A stretch of 60,611 bases of DNA from a virus. Its lineage: Duplodnaviria; Caudoviricetes. The notes under the pieces are model-generated. The model made no database searches, was not told the DNA's origin, and was given only the letters and a program-made list of their open reading frames with translations. Both the position numbers and the translations under genes were made by a program. The DNA lies in the IMG/VR virus record IMGVR_UViG_3300019458_000037, positions 1 to 60,611 of that record. One strand, 5' to 3'. Shown piece by piece: positions 38,230 to 47,151 of the stretch; position 1 is the first letter of the stretch, and each line of letters starts with the position of its first letter.

Positions 38230-39392
38230 TTACCGACTTGGATCGTGCGTGCGCTCGCTTAGGTCGACGGTGCACGCACGGTATCCATTTCAACGGGTTG
38301 ACCTTGCCGCAATCGCCCGCAATTGCGCAATGGCGCGAGCGCGACGCACTGCGGGTCTGGAAGCACGTCGACGGGACGCCGTACGGATGGGCGGCGGTCG
38401 AAACGGCCACGGCTCGCAGCACCTTGACGTTATGGACAGGAAAAGAATGGTCGATCCCGGCAGGCGACCTGATCGTGCGCGCCTGGTTCGGTGAACCTGC
38501 CTTCTGGGGCGCCATGTTTTCAGATCTACTGCGACAAAAACAGCCAGGGCAGATTATATGGTTTCGTGTATTTCAAGAGACCGCAGGACTGGCGGACTTT
38601 TTGCAACGACATGGCGCACGATGGGTCGGCGGACAAGTGATGGCCATGAGCGAATTGCTTGGATGGTATTGCGTGCCTGCACGTGAGCGACCCATAGCAG
38701 CGTCGGAATTTCGCACGCTCGCACTCTTGCTGCAGGAGTTTTGGGGCAGCGCGCAGCGCGCCCTGGTGCTGGCGGAGGTGCGTGCCTATATCGAGAACGA
38801 TGGCGGATGGGCGAATCATTATTCCAAATACAACATTCGCGACTCCTGGTCTGGGTTCACGCTGCAAGGCTATGATCGTGAGGATCCGAATTTCATCATC
38901 AAGCCCGATGAAATGTCCGCCTCCTGGCGGCGTGAGCATCGTGAATACGACAAGGCAATCTGTGAGCGCACGATCATTGCGGATCGTTTTCCCGCCACCT
39001 GGGAAGGGCTGCGCGATCTGAAGTGCGACTTTGATCGTGTGCGCTTCCTTCGGGTGCGCGCCGGTGATGGGGCGCTCGGTCGCCATGCGGATATCACCAA
39101 TCGTGATGCTGGCTCAGTCGAAGGCAAGCTGGCGCGACTGCACATCCCATTGACCACCAGCGCTTCATGTCATTTCTCGGCGTGGAATATCTTTGGCGCT
39201 CGGTTGGAGGCACATCTACCGGCAGGCAGCCTTTGGTATCTCGATCAGCGTAAGCCGCATGCCGTCAGCAATATCGGTGGCTCGGAGCGCATTCATTTGG
39301 TCGTTGATGCCAAGGTAACGCCTGCGCTGCGGGCACTTATTGAAGGAGGGACCGATGCCGAAGTATCCGTGGGAACAACCAGCGGTAGTTGA
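38226..39392 (+). CDS. Asp/Asn beta-hydroxylase-like 2OG-Fe dioxygenase with an N-terminal extra domain
   Basis: RVRFLR...RHAD...ARLHIPL...WYLDQRKPHAVSN..GSERIHLVVD. Confidence 0.8.
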   Translation: MITDLDRACARLGRRCTHGIHFNGLTLPQSPAIAQWRERDALRVWKHVDGTPYGWAAVETATARSTLTLWTGKEWSIPAGDLIVRAWFGEPAFWGAMFSDLLRQKQPGQIIWFRVFQETAGLADFLQRHGARWVGGQVMAMSELLGWYCVPARERPIAASEFRTLALLLQEFWGSAQRALVLAEVRAYIENDGGWANHYSKYNIRDSWSGFTLQGYDREDPNFIIKPDEMSASWRREHREYDKAICERTIIADRFPATWEGLRDLKCDFDRVRFLRVRAGDGALGRHADITNRDAGSVEGKLARLHIPLTTSASCHFSAWNIFGARLEAHLPAGSLWYLDQRKPHAVSNIGGSERIHLVVDAKVTPALRALIEGGTDAEVSVGTTSGS

Positions 39393-40119
39393 GCAATGCG
39401 AGAAGGCGCCCTATCGTAATGTCTGGGTGGTGCGCGACGATTTGCTCGAAGGAGGGACGAAGGTGCGCGTGCTGCCGCATATCGTGAAAGGCGCCGAGGA
39501 AGTCGTCTTTGGCGGCCCTTTCTGCGGCGGGGCACCGCTGGCGCTCAGCGTGCTCGCCAAGTACACCAAGGTCAAGGTGACGCTATTCTTTGCGAAGCGC
39601 ACGCGTTGGCATCCGCGCCAGCAATTGGCGAAAGCGAACGGCGCGCGCCTGATTGCCGTACCGATGGGCTTCATGACGCACGTGCAGCATCGTGCCGCGA
39701 AATATGCCAAGCGTAAAGGAGCACTCTTTCTCCCGCTCGGGTACGACGTGCCTGAATCGGAACCGATTATCATTGAGGCGGCACAAGCGGCGCTGAAAAG
39801 TCTCGGTGAGTTTGCGCAACTCTATACGGCCTGTGCCTCAGGGATGCTCACGCGCTGTCTGGCGCTCGCGTTTCCTTCGAGTGAGATAGTAGGCGTCTGC
39901 GTCGGGCTGAAATCTCGATGGGCCAAACAAGCCTTCCCGCCGAACGTACGGCTGGTTGAATGGCCGACCGTGCTCGGCACGCCCGCCAAGGGCGAGCCGC
40001 CACCATTCGATTGCTGCCCCTATTATGAGCGCAAGGCCTGGGAGGTCTTAAAGCGCGAAGCGCTGCCAGGGCGCACGGTCTTTTGGAACGTGCTCGGCAA
40101 TGCTGGCGTGGCAAGCTGA
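39355..40119 (+). CDS. PLP-dependent (fold type II-like) enzyme
   Basis: VVRDDLLEGGTKVR (PLP lysine), ACASGML, YERKAW, VFWNV. Confidence 0.75.
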   Translation: MPKYPWEQPAVVEQCEKAPYRNVWVVRDDLLEGGTKVRVLPHIVKGAEEVVFGGPFCGGAPLALSVLAKYTKVKVTLFFAKRTRWHPRQQLAKANGARLIAVPMGFMTHVQHRAAKYAKRKGALFLPLGYDVPESEPIIIEAAQAALKSLGEFAQLYTACASGMLTRCLALAFPSSEIVGVCVGLKSRWAKQAFPPNVRLVEWPTVLGTPAKGEPPPFDCCPYYERKAWEVLKREALPGRTVFWNVLGNAGVAS

Positions 40120-40228
40120 GAGGAGGCAGGCATGCCCTATACCGTGCTTCTGAACGGGGACATCGTGTGCGATACCGCAGAAGAGGCATTGGAGCTACAA
40201 CGGTTCATGCACAAAAAGGAGGTGAAGA

Positions 40229-40681
40229 ATGACGAAACGATCCAAGCTCAAGGCGGTGAAGGTGCAGCAAGCGCGCAAGACGAGAACGACGGTACGCTCC
40301 CTTAGGTGCGAATTGACCGAGGCCGACCAGCGGCGCATTGGGCTGGAGATGGCGCAGGCGCAGAAGGAAATGGAGGAACTCGAAGACGAGCGCGCTGGCG
40401 AGAATAAGCGCCTTGGCGAGGCTATCAAAGAGCGCTCAGGGCACGTGCGGTCGCTCGCCAAAACGCTCAACGAGGGGTGGGAGATGCGCAGCGTCAACTG
40501 CACGGAGATTTTCGAGTACGAGACCGGCAACGTCTATCTGAAACGCACCGATACCGGGGAGGTCTGCCACGAGCGGGCCATGACCGAAGACGAACGCCAG
40601 GTCTCATTTCTGCAGGAAGACATCGGCGAGGATACCGCGTCTGGAGAGTCGACGCAGACGCAGACGGCCGCGCCTGCATGA
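40229..40681 (+). CDS. Conserved phage hypothetical protein
   Basis: LRCELTEAD...RTDTGEV..RAMTEDERQ; AGGAGG RBS. Confidence 0.7.
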   Translation: MTKRSKLKAVKVQQARKTRTTVRSLRCELTEADQRRIGLEMAQAQKEMEELEDERAGENKRLGEAIKERSGHVRSLAKTLNEGWEMRSVNCTEIFEYETGNVYLKRTDTGEVCHERAMTEDERQVSFLQEDIGEDTASGESTQTQTAAPA

Positions 40682-40899
40682 ACGCGCAGAAGGAGGGGAA
40701 GATGCTGCAAAAGGTACGAAGCGACCTGCTTTTGGTCGCCAGCGCGGATGGGCTGGTCTGCGTATCGGACGCGCTCGCCTGCGTGCGCTGCAGGACGATG
40801 CACTTTTTCTTTCTGAATCGCAATGGGCATACGCTCTGTCTGGAATGCTCAAGGAGGGAGAATGAGCAAAACATTGGAGCCGAATCAGCCACCAGTTGA
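40678..40899 (+). CDS. Small zinc-binding protein
   Basis: CVRC...CLEC. Confidence 0.5.
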   Translation: MNAQKEGKMLQKVRSDLLLVASADGLVCVSDALACVRCRTMHFFFLNRNGHTLCLECSRRENEQNIGAESATS

Positions 40900-41104
40900 C
40901 GTGAGCACGACCACCCCAAACCCGATGTGCCCATGGTGCCATACCGATCTTGATTGTCGCTTCAACGGCAAGGCGACCGCGAATAAGGACGAGTCGATCT
41001 GGTGTTTTTGGTGCGGGAACTGCGGCGCGGCACTGGGCTTCCAATTGCGCACGCAACAATCGGTGATCGTGAAAGGGGCTGATGACTTTCGTCGAATCCA
41101 TTGA
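40862..41104 (+). CDS. Small zinc-ribbon protein
   Basis: CPWC...CGNCG; GGAGG RBS. Confidence 0.55.
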   Translation: MSKTLEPNQPPVDVSTTTPNPMCPWCHTDLDCRFNGKATANKDESIWCFWCGNCGAALGFQLRTQQSVIVKGADDFRRIH

Positions 41105-41657
41105 CCGCCAAATCATCGTCTGGTGCAACCGTTGTCGATGTCTCGTCGAACGTTTGTTGGTTGACCATACGATTGACTTGAATGTCACGCTACGCGCGTC
41201 GTGCCACGGTGAAACGGTCAAGATCACGCTGTCTCGTCATTTGCTGGCCACTATCTTGCCGGTGCGTGGACCTCATCTTACGCCGCTCTACAGTGTCCCG
41301 CCCTTCTTCATCTGCGTGCGTTCGCTGGACATCAATGACGCAAGAGTGGCAAGCCTGCTTGGTATGACCGATGGGCAGAGGTTTGAAATTCGGTCATCCG
41401 GTGGTAGTCTGCGCGCCATTCTCGACATGCCATCTGTGCGTAATCATCTCCACGTACATGAGCCACGGCGTGAGCCGGCACAAAGTCAGACTGTCCCAAC
41501 CGGCGTGCCGTCCAAGCCCACCTGCTTCGATTGCAACAAGCGTAATCTCACAGAATACATGACCGCGAAGGAAGGCGGCTACACGATCTGCCTTCCATGC
41601 TTTGAATATCGGCAAGCCATGGGGCGCGCCAAAGAGGCGAAAGGAGAAACAATATGA
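41082..41657 (+). CDS. Cys-rich hypothetical protein
   Basis: CNRC, CFDC and CLPC motifs. Confidence 0.55.
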   Translation: MTFVESIDRQIIVWCNRCRCLVERLLVDHTIDLNVTLRASCHGETVKITLSRHLLATILPVRGPHLTPLYSVPPFFICVRSLDINDARVASLLGMTDGQRFEIRSSGGSLRAILDMPSVRNHLHVHEPRREPAQSQTVPTGVPSKPTCFDCNKRNLTEYMTAKEGGYTICLPCFEYRQAMGRAKEAKGETI

Positions 41658-41800
41658 TGCGGATAACACTCGGAACGTTGTTCATTGGGCTCTTGTCCTA
41701 TGTGCTGGCCTACGTCTGGTTTCGTCGCACCGGTAAACCGACCGCGGTGCGACGAAACCTACGACTGGTGAAGGTGCGCAGTAATGGATCTGTTTCTTGA
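41654..41800 (+). CDS. Small membrane protein (48 aa)
   Basis: MMRITLGTLFIGLLSYVLAYVWF; AAGGAG RBS. Confidence 0.5.
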   Translation: MMRITLGTLFIGLLSYVLAYVWFRRTGKPTAVRRNLRLVKVRSNGSVS

Positions 41801-42266
41801 CAGCCATGCCGTGATCGATCCCAGCGGACGCTATCGATACCGGCTGGATCGTCGATGGGGCAGAGGAAAGCGAATCTGTTTTGTGATGCTGAATCCGAGC
41901 ACCGCCGATGGCGAGAAAGATGATCCGACCGTGCGGCGCTGTCTGCAGATTGCGAGAGCTTGGAAGTTCGAATGGCTCGTCGTGGCAAATCTCTACGCCT
42001 TTCGCACCGCCTCTCCGATGGAGTTGTTTCTGGCGGAGGATCCCATCGGCCCTGAGAATAACCGTTGGATCATGGATGCTGCCGTCGGGAGCTTTGTGGT
42101 CTGCGCCTGGGGCGACCGCGCCAAACCGGAGCGCGTGCTGCAGGTGAAAGGCTTGCTCTCAGGCATCCACCTGCACTGTCTCGGGGTGACAAAGGCGGGG
42201 AATCCTCGCCATCCTCTTTGGACCTGGTCGAACGCACTGAGCGATTTTAAGCTGGAGGAGCCATGA
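41784..42266 (+). CDS. DUF1643 family protein
   Basis: YRYRLDR.W...FVMLNPSTAD...DDPT...VANLYAFR...CAWG...PRHPL. Confidence 0.9.
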   Translation: MDLFLDSHAVIDPSGRYRYRLDRRWGRGKRICFVMLNPSTADGEKDDPTVRRCLQIARAWKFEWLVVANLYAFRTASPMELFLAEDPIGPENNRWIMDAAVGSFVVCAWGDRAKPERVLQVKGLLSGIHLHCLGVTKAGNPRHPLWTWSNALSDFKLEEP

Positions 42267-42532
42267 ACGAGGTCAGGTTGGTCTCTATGGTGTGCGCCGA
42301 ATGTGGCATGACAACCGGTCTGCAAGAATATCATCCATTCGCCGCCTGCTTGATGTTCAAGGCGTGCCACAATGCGATAACGGTCAGGGACAACCTGGCT
42401 GCCGTGCGCAGCGAGGAGCGAGAAGCATGCGCCATAGAAGCTGAAATCTTTTGGTCCAAACATCCAGATCAGACACACGTCGGTCGACAAACGGCGGTGG
42501 CCATCGCCAACGTTATACGAGCAAGAAAATGA
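42263..42532 (+). CDS. Hypothetical protein
   Basis: CAECG..EYHPFAACLMFK; coupled overlaps. Confidence 0.6.
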   Translation: MNEVRLVSMVCAECGMTTGLQEYHPFAACLMFKACHNAITVRDNLAAVRSEEREACAIEAEIFWSKHPDQTHVGRQTAVAIANVIRARK

Positions 42533-43119
42533 AAGAGCGCGGCTTATTGATGACGGCAGAGAATGCGAGCAAGACGCACTGAGGGCTGAAAACGCAGACG
42601 AGGCGGATCATCCCCAATACCGATCATCCGATTTACGCCAATCTCTACATCGTGAAAGTCGGCGTCTCCGATCAAGGCCCAGTGTTCGATGTCTGTGAGA
42701 AATGGCGTGCGCTGTATTCGATTGGCTGTCCCTTCGGCCAACCAGGTGATCGGTTGTGGATTCGAGAGACCGCGAGGCTACGTACTTATGCGACGAGACG
42801 ATGGCGCTCGATCAAATATAAAGACGGCACCGACCAGCGGTGCGCGTGGACGAAGAAATCGCCTTATACCTCGGCGCGCTGGACGTCTGGGCGGTTTATG
42901 CCGCGCTGGGCCTCACGCACGCTCGTCGAACTGGTGTCAGTCGATGTACAGCGCTTGCAGGCAATCAGCCTTCAGGATTGCCATGCAGAGTTAGGCGATC
43001 CTTGCCATGCTTGTGCTCAATACGGGATGGAGCAACTATGGGAGTCGATACATGGTCAAGGAAGCTGGAAGAGAAACCCCTACGTCTGGGTACTCGACTT
43101 TTGGAGGATTCAAACATGA
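42529..43119 (+). pseudogene. ASCH/PUA-like phage protein with in-frame TGA at codon 18
   Basis: MKERGLLM...KTH*GLKTQTRRII...CPFGQPGDRLWIRET...MPRWASR...NPYVWV; TGA at 42580-42582. Confidence 0.65.
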
Positions 43120-43442
43120 AGGAACGCGAACTCGCCAAGCATCAAGTCTGCTCGAAATGTCAAGGAAGCATTTTCCAGTCAGGCGTGCCGATGTTCTTCA
43201 GAGTCACGCTCGAACAGTTCGTACTACGTGTCGATCAGATCAAGCGACAAGCCGGGCTGGCCGCCTTTCTCGGCTCTGGCGCGGTGGCGCAAATCATGGG
43301 GCCAGACGAAGACATGGCCGAATTATTCTACAAGGCAATCACATTGACTATTTGTCACCGGTGTTCACTGGAAATGGAACCCTGCTCAGTGCAACGACTC
43401 TATGAAATGGAAGGACGGCACAATGGGCAAGACCTCGATTGA
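43116..43442 (+). CDS. Zinc-binding hypothetical protein
   Basis: CSKC...CHRC; GGAGG RBS. Confidence 0.6.
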   Translation: MKERELAKHQVCSKCQGSIFQSGVPMFFRVTLEQFVLRVDQIKRQAGLAAFLGSGAVAQIMGPDEDMAELFYKAITLTICHRCSLEMEPCSVQRLYEMEGRHNGQDLD

Positions 43443-44319
43443 ATGGACCGATGCGACCTGGAATCCGATCAGAGGCACCAAAGGCCGCTGGCACTGCACC
43501 CACGTCTCAGAGGGGTGTCGCAACTGCTATGCCGAACGCCTGAATGTCCGCTGGGGCGGACCGGCCTACAAGCCCGGCGCGGACACGTTTCGGCTGGATG
43601 AGAAGATCCTTGAACAGCCCTTGCACTGGAGGCAGCCGAGAAAAATCTTTGTCTGTGATATGACCGATCTGTTTCACGAAGAGATCCCGCGCAAGTGGGT
43701 GCATCGAGTATGGGAGATCATGCAGCGATGCCCACGCCATACCTTTCAGGTCTTGACCAAACGAGCAGAGCACCTTCGCAAGGTCACGCTTGAATTTCCA
43801 GACGACTACGTGCAGTTGTCGAACGTCTGGCTCGGCGTCTCCGTGGAAGATCAACCGACTGCCGACGAGCGCATTTTGGAGCTGGTACAGCTCCCCGCCG
43901 CCGTGCGGTTTGTGAGTTATGAGCCCGCGCTGGGGCCGGTCACTTTTCATCCTCCGGCTTCACCGGCCTGGAAAATACTAAGTCGCTACTACGGTGGCAA
44001 CAAGTTCGATCCTACTGGCTCGCAACCGGTGCAGACGCGACAGAGCAATCTTTTCCCGAAGATTGATTGGGTCATCATCGGCGGCGAATCCGGCCCGAAG
44101 GCGCGGCCCTGTGATGTGGCGTGGATTCGGTCAGCGGTTCAGCAATGCCAAGCCGCGAAGGTGCCTGTATTTGTGAAGCAGCTCGGAGCCTATATCCGAA
44201 CCGCGCTCCCTATTGGTGGTCTGACTCGGTTGTGGTTGAAACACAAGAAGGGCGGCGATCCCTCTGAATGGCCGGAGGATCTGCGGGTACGCGAATGGCC
44301 GAAATTGGTGACGCCATGA
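43423..44319 (+). CDS. Phage Gp37/Gp68 (DUF5131) radical-SAM-like protein
   Basis: TSIEWTDATWNP...C..VSEGC.NCYA...DLFH...FQVLTKR...WVIIGGESG. Confidence 0.9.
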   Translation: MGKTSIEWTDATWNPIRGTKGRWHCTHVSEGCRNCYAERLNVRWGGPAYKPGADTFRLDEKILEQPLHWRQPRKIFVCDMTDLFHEEIPRKWVHRVWEIMQRCPRHTFQVLTKRAEHLRKVTLEFPDDYVQLSNVWLGVSVEDQPTADERILELVQLPAAVRFVSYEPALGPVTFHPPASPAWKILSRYYGGNKFDPTGSQPVQTRQSNLFPKIDWVIIGGESGPKARPCDVAWIRSAVQQCQAAKVPVFVKQLGAYIRTALPIGGLTRLWLKHKKGGDPSEWPEDLRVREWPKLVTP

Positions 44320-45221
44320 GAGAAACCTTTATTGAGAAAAAGTTCACCGCGGCGAGCCTGCGGCTGATCGAGCAGGCCAATGCCATCATCGACGAATACC
44401 AAGCGCAGCGCTTTCGGCTGACGCTGCGGCAACTCTATTACCAATTCGTCGCTCGTGATCTGGTCCCAAACCGACTGCGCGAATATAAGCGCCTTGGCTC
44501 AGTGATCAACGATGCGCGATTGGCAGGGCTGATCGATTGGGATGCCATAGAAGATCGTACCCGCTTCGTGCGCAGTCAGCCTACATGGTCCGATCCCTCC
44601 GGCATCATTGAATCCGCAAGCCTGCAATATGCGATTGACCTATGGGAAGGGCAGCCCTTTCGGCCAGAAGTCTGGATCGAGAAAGACGCCTTGGTCGGGA
44701 TTATCGAGCGCGTCTGCACGCGCTACCAGACCCCCTATTTTGCCTGTCGCGGCTATACCAGCCAGAGCGCACAATACGAGGCCAGCAAGCGACTCTTGTT
44801 GTATCAGAAAAACGGGCAGCGTCCAGTCATCTTTCACCTGGGCGACCATGACCCTTCGGGGCTGGACATGACCAGGGACAACCAAGATCGATTGAATTTG
44901 TTTGTGCAATTAGCAGGGCTGGCGGATGTGCGGCGCCTGGCGTTGAATTTCGACCAGGTGGAGCGCTATCGACCACCACCGAATCCTGCGAAGGAAACCG
45001 ATAGTCGTAGCAGGAGCTATATCGACGAATTCGGGCAAGAGTCCTGGGAATTGGACGCGCTCGATCCTCGCGTCATTAGTGATCTGATCGAGCGCAATGT
45101 GCGTCGTCTCTTAAATCGCAGCCGGTGGGAGGCCTCACAGCAGCGCATGGAGAACGAAAAGGCGATCCTCAGACAATGCTCTGAAAATTGGGAGCGCGTC
45201 ACGGAGTTTCTACAACAATGA
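44316..45221 (+). CDS. Topoisomerase VI-A/Spo11-like Toprim protein
   Basis: TLRQLYYQ...EVWIEKDAL...RGYTS...GDHDPSG...WELDAL. Confidence 0.7.
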   Translation: MRETFIEKKFTAASLRLIEQANAIIDEYQAQRFRLTLRQLYYQFVARDLVPNRLREYKRLGSVINDARLAGLIDWDAIEDRTRFVRSQPTWSDPSGIIESASLQYAIDLWEGQPFRPEVWIEKDALVGIIERVCTRYQTPYFACRGYTSQSAQYEASKRLLLYQKNGQRPVIFHLGDHDPSGLDMTRDNQDRLNLFVQLAGLADVRRLALNFDQVERYRPPPNPAKETDSRSRSYIDEFGQESWELDALDPRVISDLIERNVRRLLNRSRWEASQQRMENEKAILRQCSENWERVTEFLQQ

Positions 45222-45742
45222 GCGACGAACTGCGGCAACGCGCCGAAGTCATACGCGATACGCTCGACCGTGACTTTACGTGCGTCGATGGCACCTGGCG
45301 CAATCCTGACGAGGTGGCCTCGTATCTCGCCGAGCAATTAGAGCAGGCACGCCGCTGGCGCGAAGAATTGCCCGCCTACCGCGAGACGATCCGGCAAAAG
45401 ATCAAGCTCGGTGGCCGGACCGCCTACCTCGACGTCGGCTTCTATGATGGCGCCTGCACGAGGATCGGAGAGGTGTTCATCGTCGTCGATAAGAACGGCA
45501 GCACTGAGCGCTTCCTGCTCGACGAATTGGCGCGCATGACGAGTGTGGCGATCCAGTATGGCGCGCCTGCAGAGGAAGTCATCGGCGGCTGGTTGTTCAC
45601 CAAAGGCAGCCTCTTCGGTACTGTCCTCGGCGATGATCGAATCAAGAATGCCACGAGCGTCCTGGATTGGGTGGCGCGCCATATTCTCGTCAACTACTAC
45701 AGAAGGAACGAATTAGCGCACGTGAAAGAGGAGTCGACGTAA
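45218..45742 (+). CDS. TSCPD-domain protein (class II ribonucleotide reductase accessory domain)
   Basis: YLDVGFY...GEVFI...K.GST...SVAIQYG...IKNATSVLD. Confidence 0.7.
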   Translation: MSDELRQRAEVIRDTLDRDFTCVDGTWRNPDEVASYLAEQLEQARRWREELPAYRETIRQKIKLGGRTAYLDVGFYDGACTRIGEVFIVVDKNGSTERFLLDELARMTSVAIQYGAPAEEVIGGWLFTKGSLFGTVLGDDRIKNATSVLDWVARHILVNYYRRNELAHVKEEST

Positions 45743-45770
45743 CCAACAACACCAACAAAGGAGGGACGCC

Positions 45771-46217
45771 ATGCGAACGCGAATAGTGATGGTTTGTGTC
45801 ATGCTCGTGCTCGGCTGCACCAGCACCAGTGAAGTCAAGCTGGATCTAGGGGAGGGCAAGGTGCGAGTGATGCGCACCATGAGCAATCCCCATATGCTGG
45901 TCTCGTCGCCGCAGATTTCCACGCTCGAAGATTGCGAGGAGGCGGATGGCGCGCTGATACGGTGCCGCCCGCTGAGCCCACCGCAATATACCGCGAGCAC
46001 CGGCTGGTTGGCAGGGCTGATCGGCCCTGCGCTCTATAGCGGCGCCATTGCGTATTCAGGCCATGCTATCGGCAGAGGGCTTGGCAAGAGCGGAGATATA
46101 GTGAATCAAGAGCAAGGCAATGGGCAGGTCCAAGGTCAGGCGCAAGAGCAAGCGCAGCGTCAGCACCAGCGCCAGTCACAAGGACAATCTCAGCACCAGT
46201 CGCAACGGAGGTATTAG
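45771..46217 (+). CDS. Lipoprotein with Gln-rich C-terminus
   Basis: Lipobox VLGC; QGQAQEQAQRQHQRQSQ tail. Confidence 0.65.
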   Translation: MRTRIVMVCVMLVLGCTSTSEVKLDLGEGKVRVMRTMSNPHMLVSSPQISTLEDCEEADGALIRCRPLSPPQYTASTGWLAGLIGPALYSGAIAYSGHAIGRGLGKSGDIVNQEQGNGQVQGQAQEQAQRQHQRQSQGQSQHQSQRRY

Positions 46218-46223
46218 ATCAAC

Positions 46224-46889
46224 ATGCCATGGGTCATGCTATTGGCAGCGCTCTTGATCGGCGGTCAGGCGTCTGCCGGATCGATTGAGCCTTATATGGC
46301 CGGCGGCGTCGGGGCGTCGATGTTTCATGGCTTGCCAGGTGACGGCACATGGTATCAGCAACCCTTTCCGCATAGTTTCACGACTACGGCGGTGGCCTGG
46401 CGTGCTGGCGTCGGTGCGCGGATGTTTCAGGACTGGACCGTCGAAGCGGTCTACGTCTCGCTAGGTGCCGCGGAAGCCAAGGCCAAGTTCGTTTGGGATC
46501 ATAACTACGACGCCGTGGCACATCGCTGTCTGGCGGAATGCGAGCAGCTACACCGACTGCACAACGTCGATCATTACCATGGGGTCGAAGTGACGTTCGG
46601 CCGACGGTTCGTAATCCAAGGACCAGTGGTGCCGTTTCTACGGCTCGGCGGGGCGATGCTCTGGCATCGTGGCGTTGTATGGGGACTGAGCGTCGATGGG
46701 GCAGACATTGGGCTAATCTCCAGCGGCACGATGCCATCGTTTGTCGTAGCCGGCGGGGCCTGCTATCGATGGCTCTGCGCTGAGACGGCTTTCTATCAGG
46801 CAGTCGGCCACAGCGGCAACCCGATCAGCACGCAAATTCTCGTCCCAATGCTGAGCGTGCGAGTGCCAATTGATTCCGGCGCATGGTGA
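46224..46889 (+). CDS. Outer-membrane beta-barrel protein
   Basis: Signal peptide and amphipathic strands (PYMAGGVG, WRAGVG...VEAVYVSLG, PFLRLGG). Confidence 0.65.
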   Translation: MPWVMLLAALLIGGQASAGSIEPYMAGGVGASMFHGLPGDGTWYQQPFPHSFTTTAVAWRAGVGARMFQDWTVEAVYVSLGAAEAKAKFVWDHNYDAVAHRCLAECEQLHRLHNVDHYHGVEVTFGRRFVIQGPVVPFLRLGGAMLWHRGVVWGLSVDGADIGLISSGTMPSFVVAGGACYRWLCAETAFYQAVGHSGNPISTQILVPMLSVRVPIDSGAW

Positions 46890-46923
46890 ACGGCCATGCA
46901 AGAAGAGGAGGCCTGAAGCGACG

Positions 46924-47115
46924 ATGTTTCACAAACGTGATCGATTTGGAGTCTTGAAGCGACCTGGCGCTGTCTACGCGAGCTTTAAGGAGATGAAGGC
47001 GAGCGGCGTGCTGCCGACCAGCCTCACCTGGGAGCGCTTCAATGCGCGGTATCGCAAACGGCGCCGCCGCGACAAGATTGCGAAGCTGAGCCGGCGGCGC
47101 AATCGTTCACGATAG
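46924..47115 (+). CDS. Small basic protein
   Basis: GAGGAGG RBS; ends RRRRDKIAKLSRRRNR. Confidence 0.55.
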   Translation: MFHKRDRFGVLKRPGAVYASFKEMKASGVLPTSLTWERFNARYRKRRRRDKIAKLSRRRNRSR

Positions 47116-47151
47116 GTCGAAACCACTTACCCACCAACCAAGGAGAATGTC

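Noticed and set aside
42580-42582. Genome-wide TGA recoding
   Set aside because: Many genes end in TGA with ATGA coupling, and core genes are intact under code 11.
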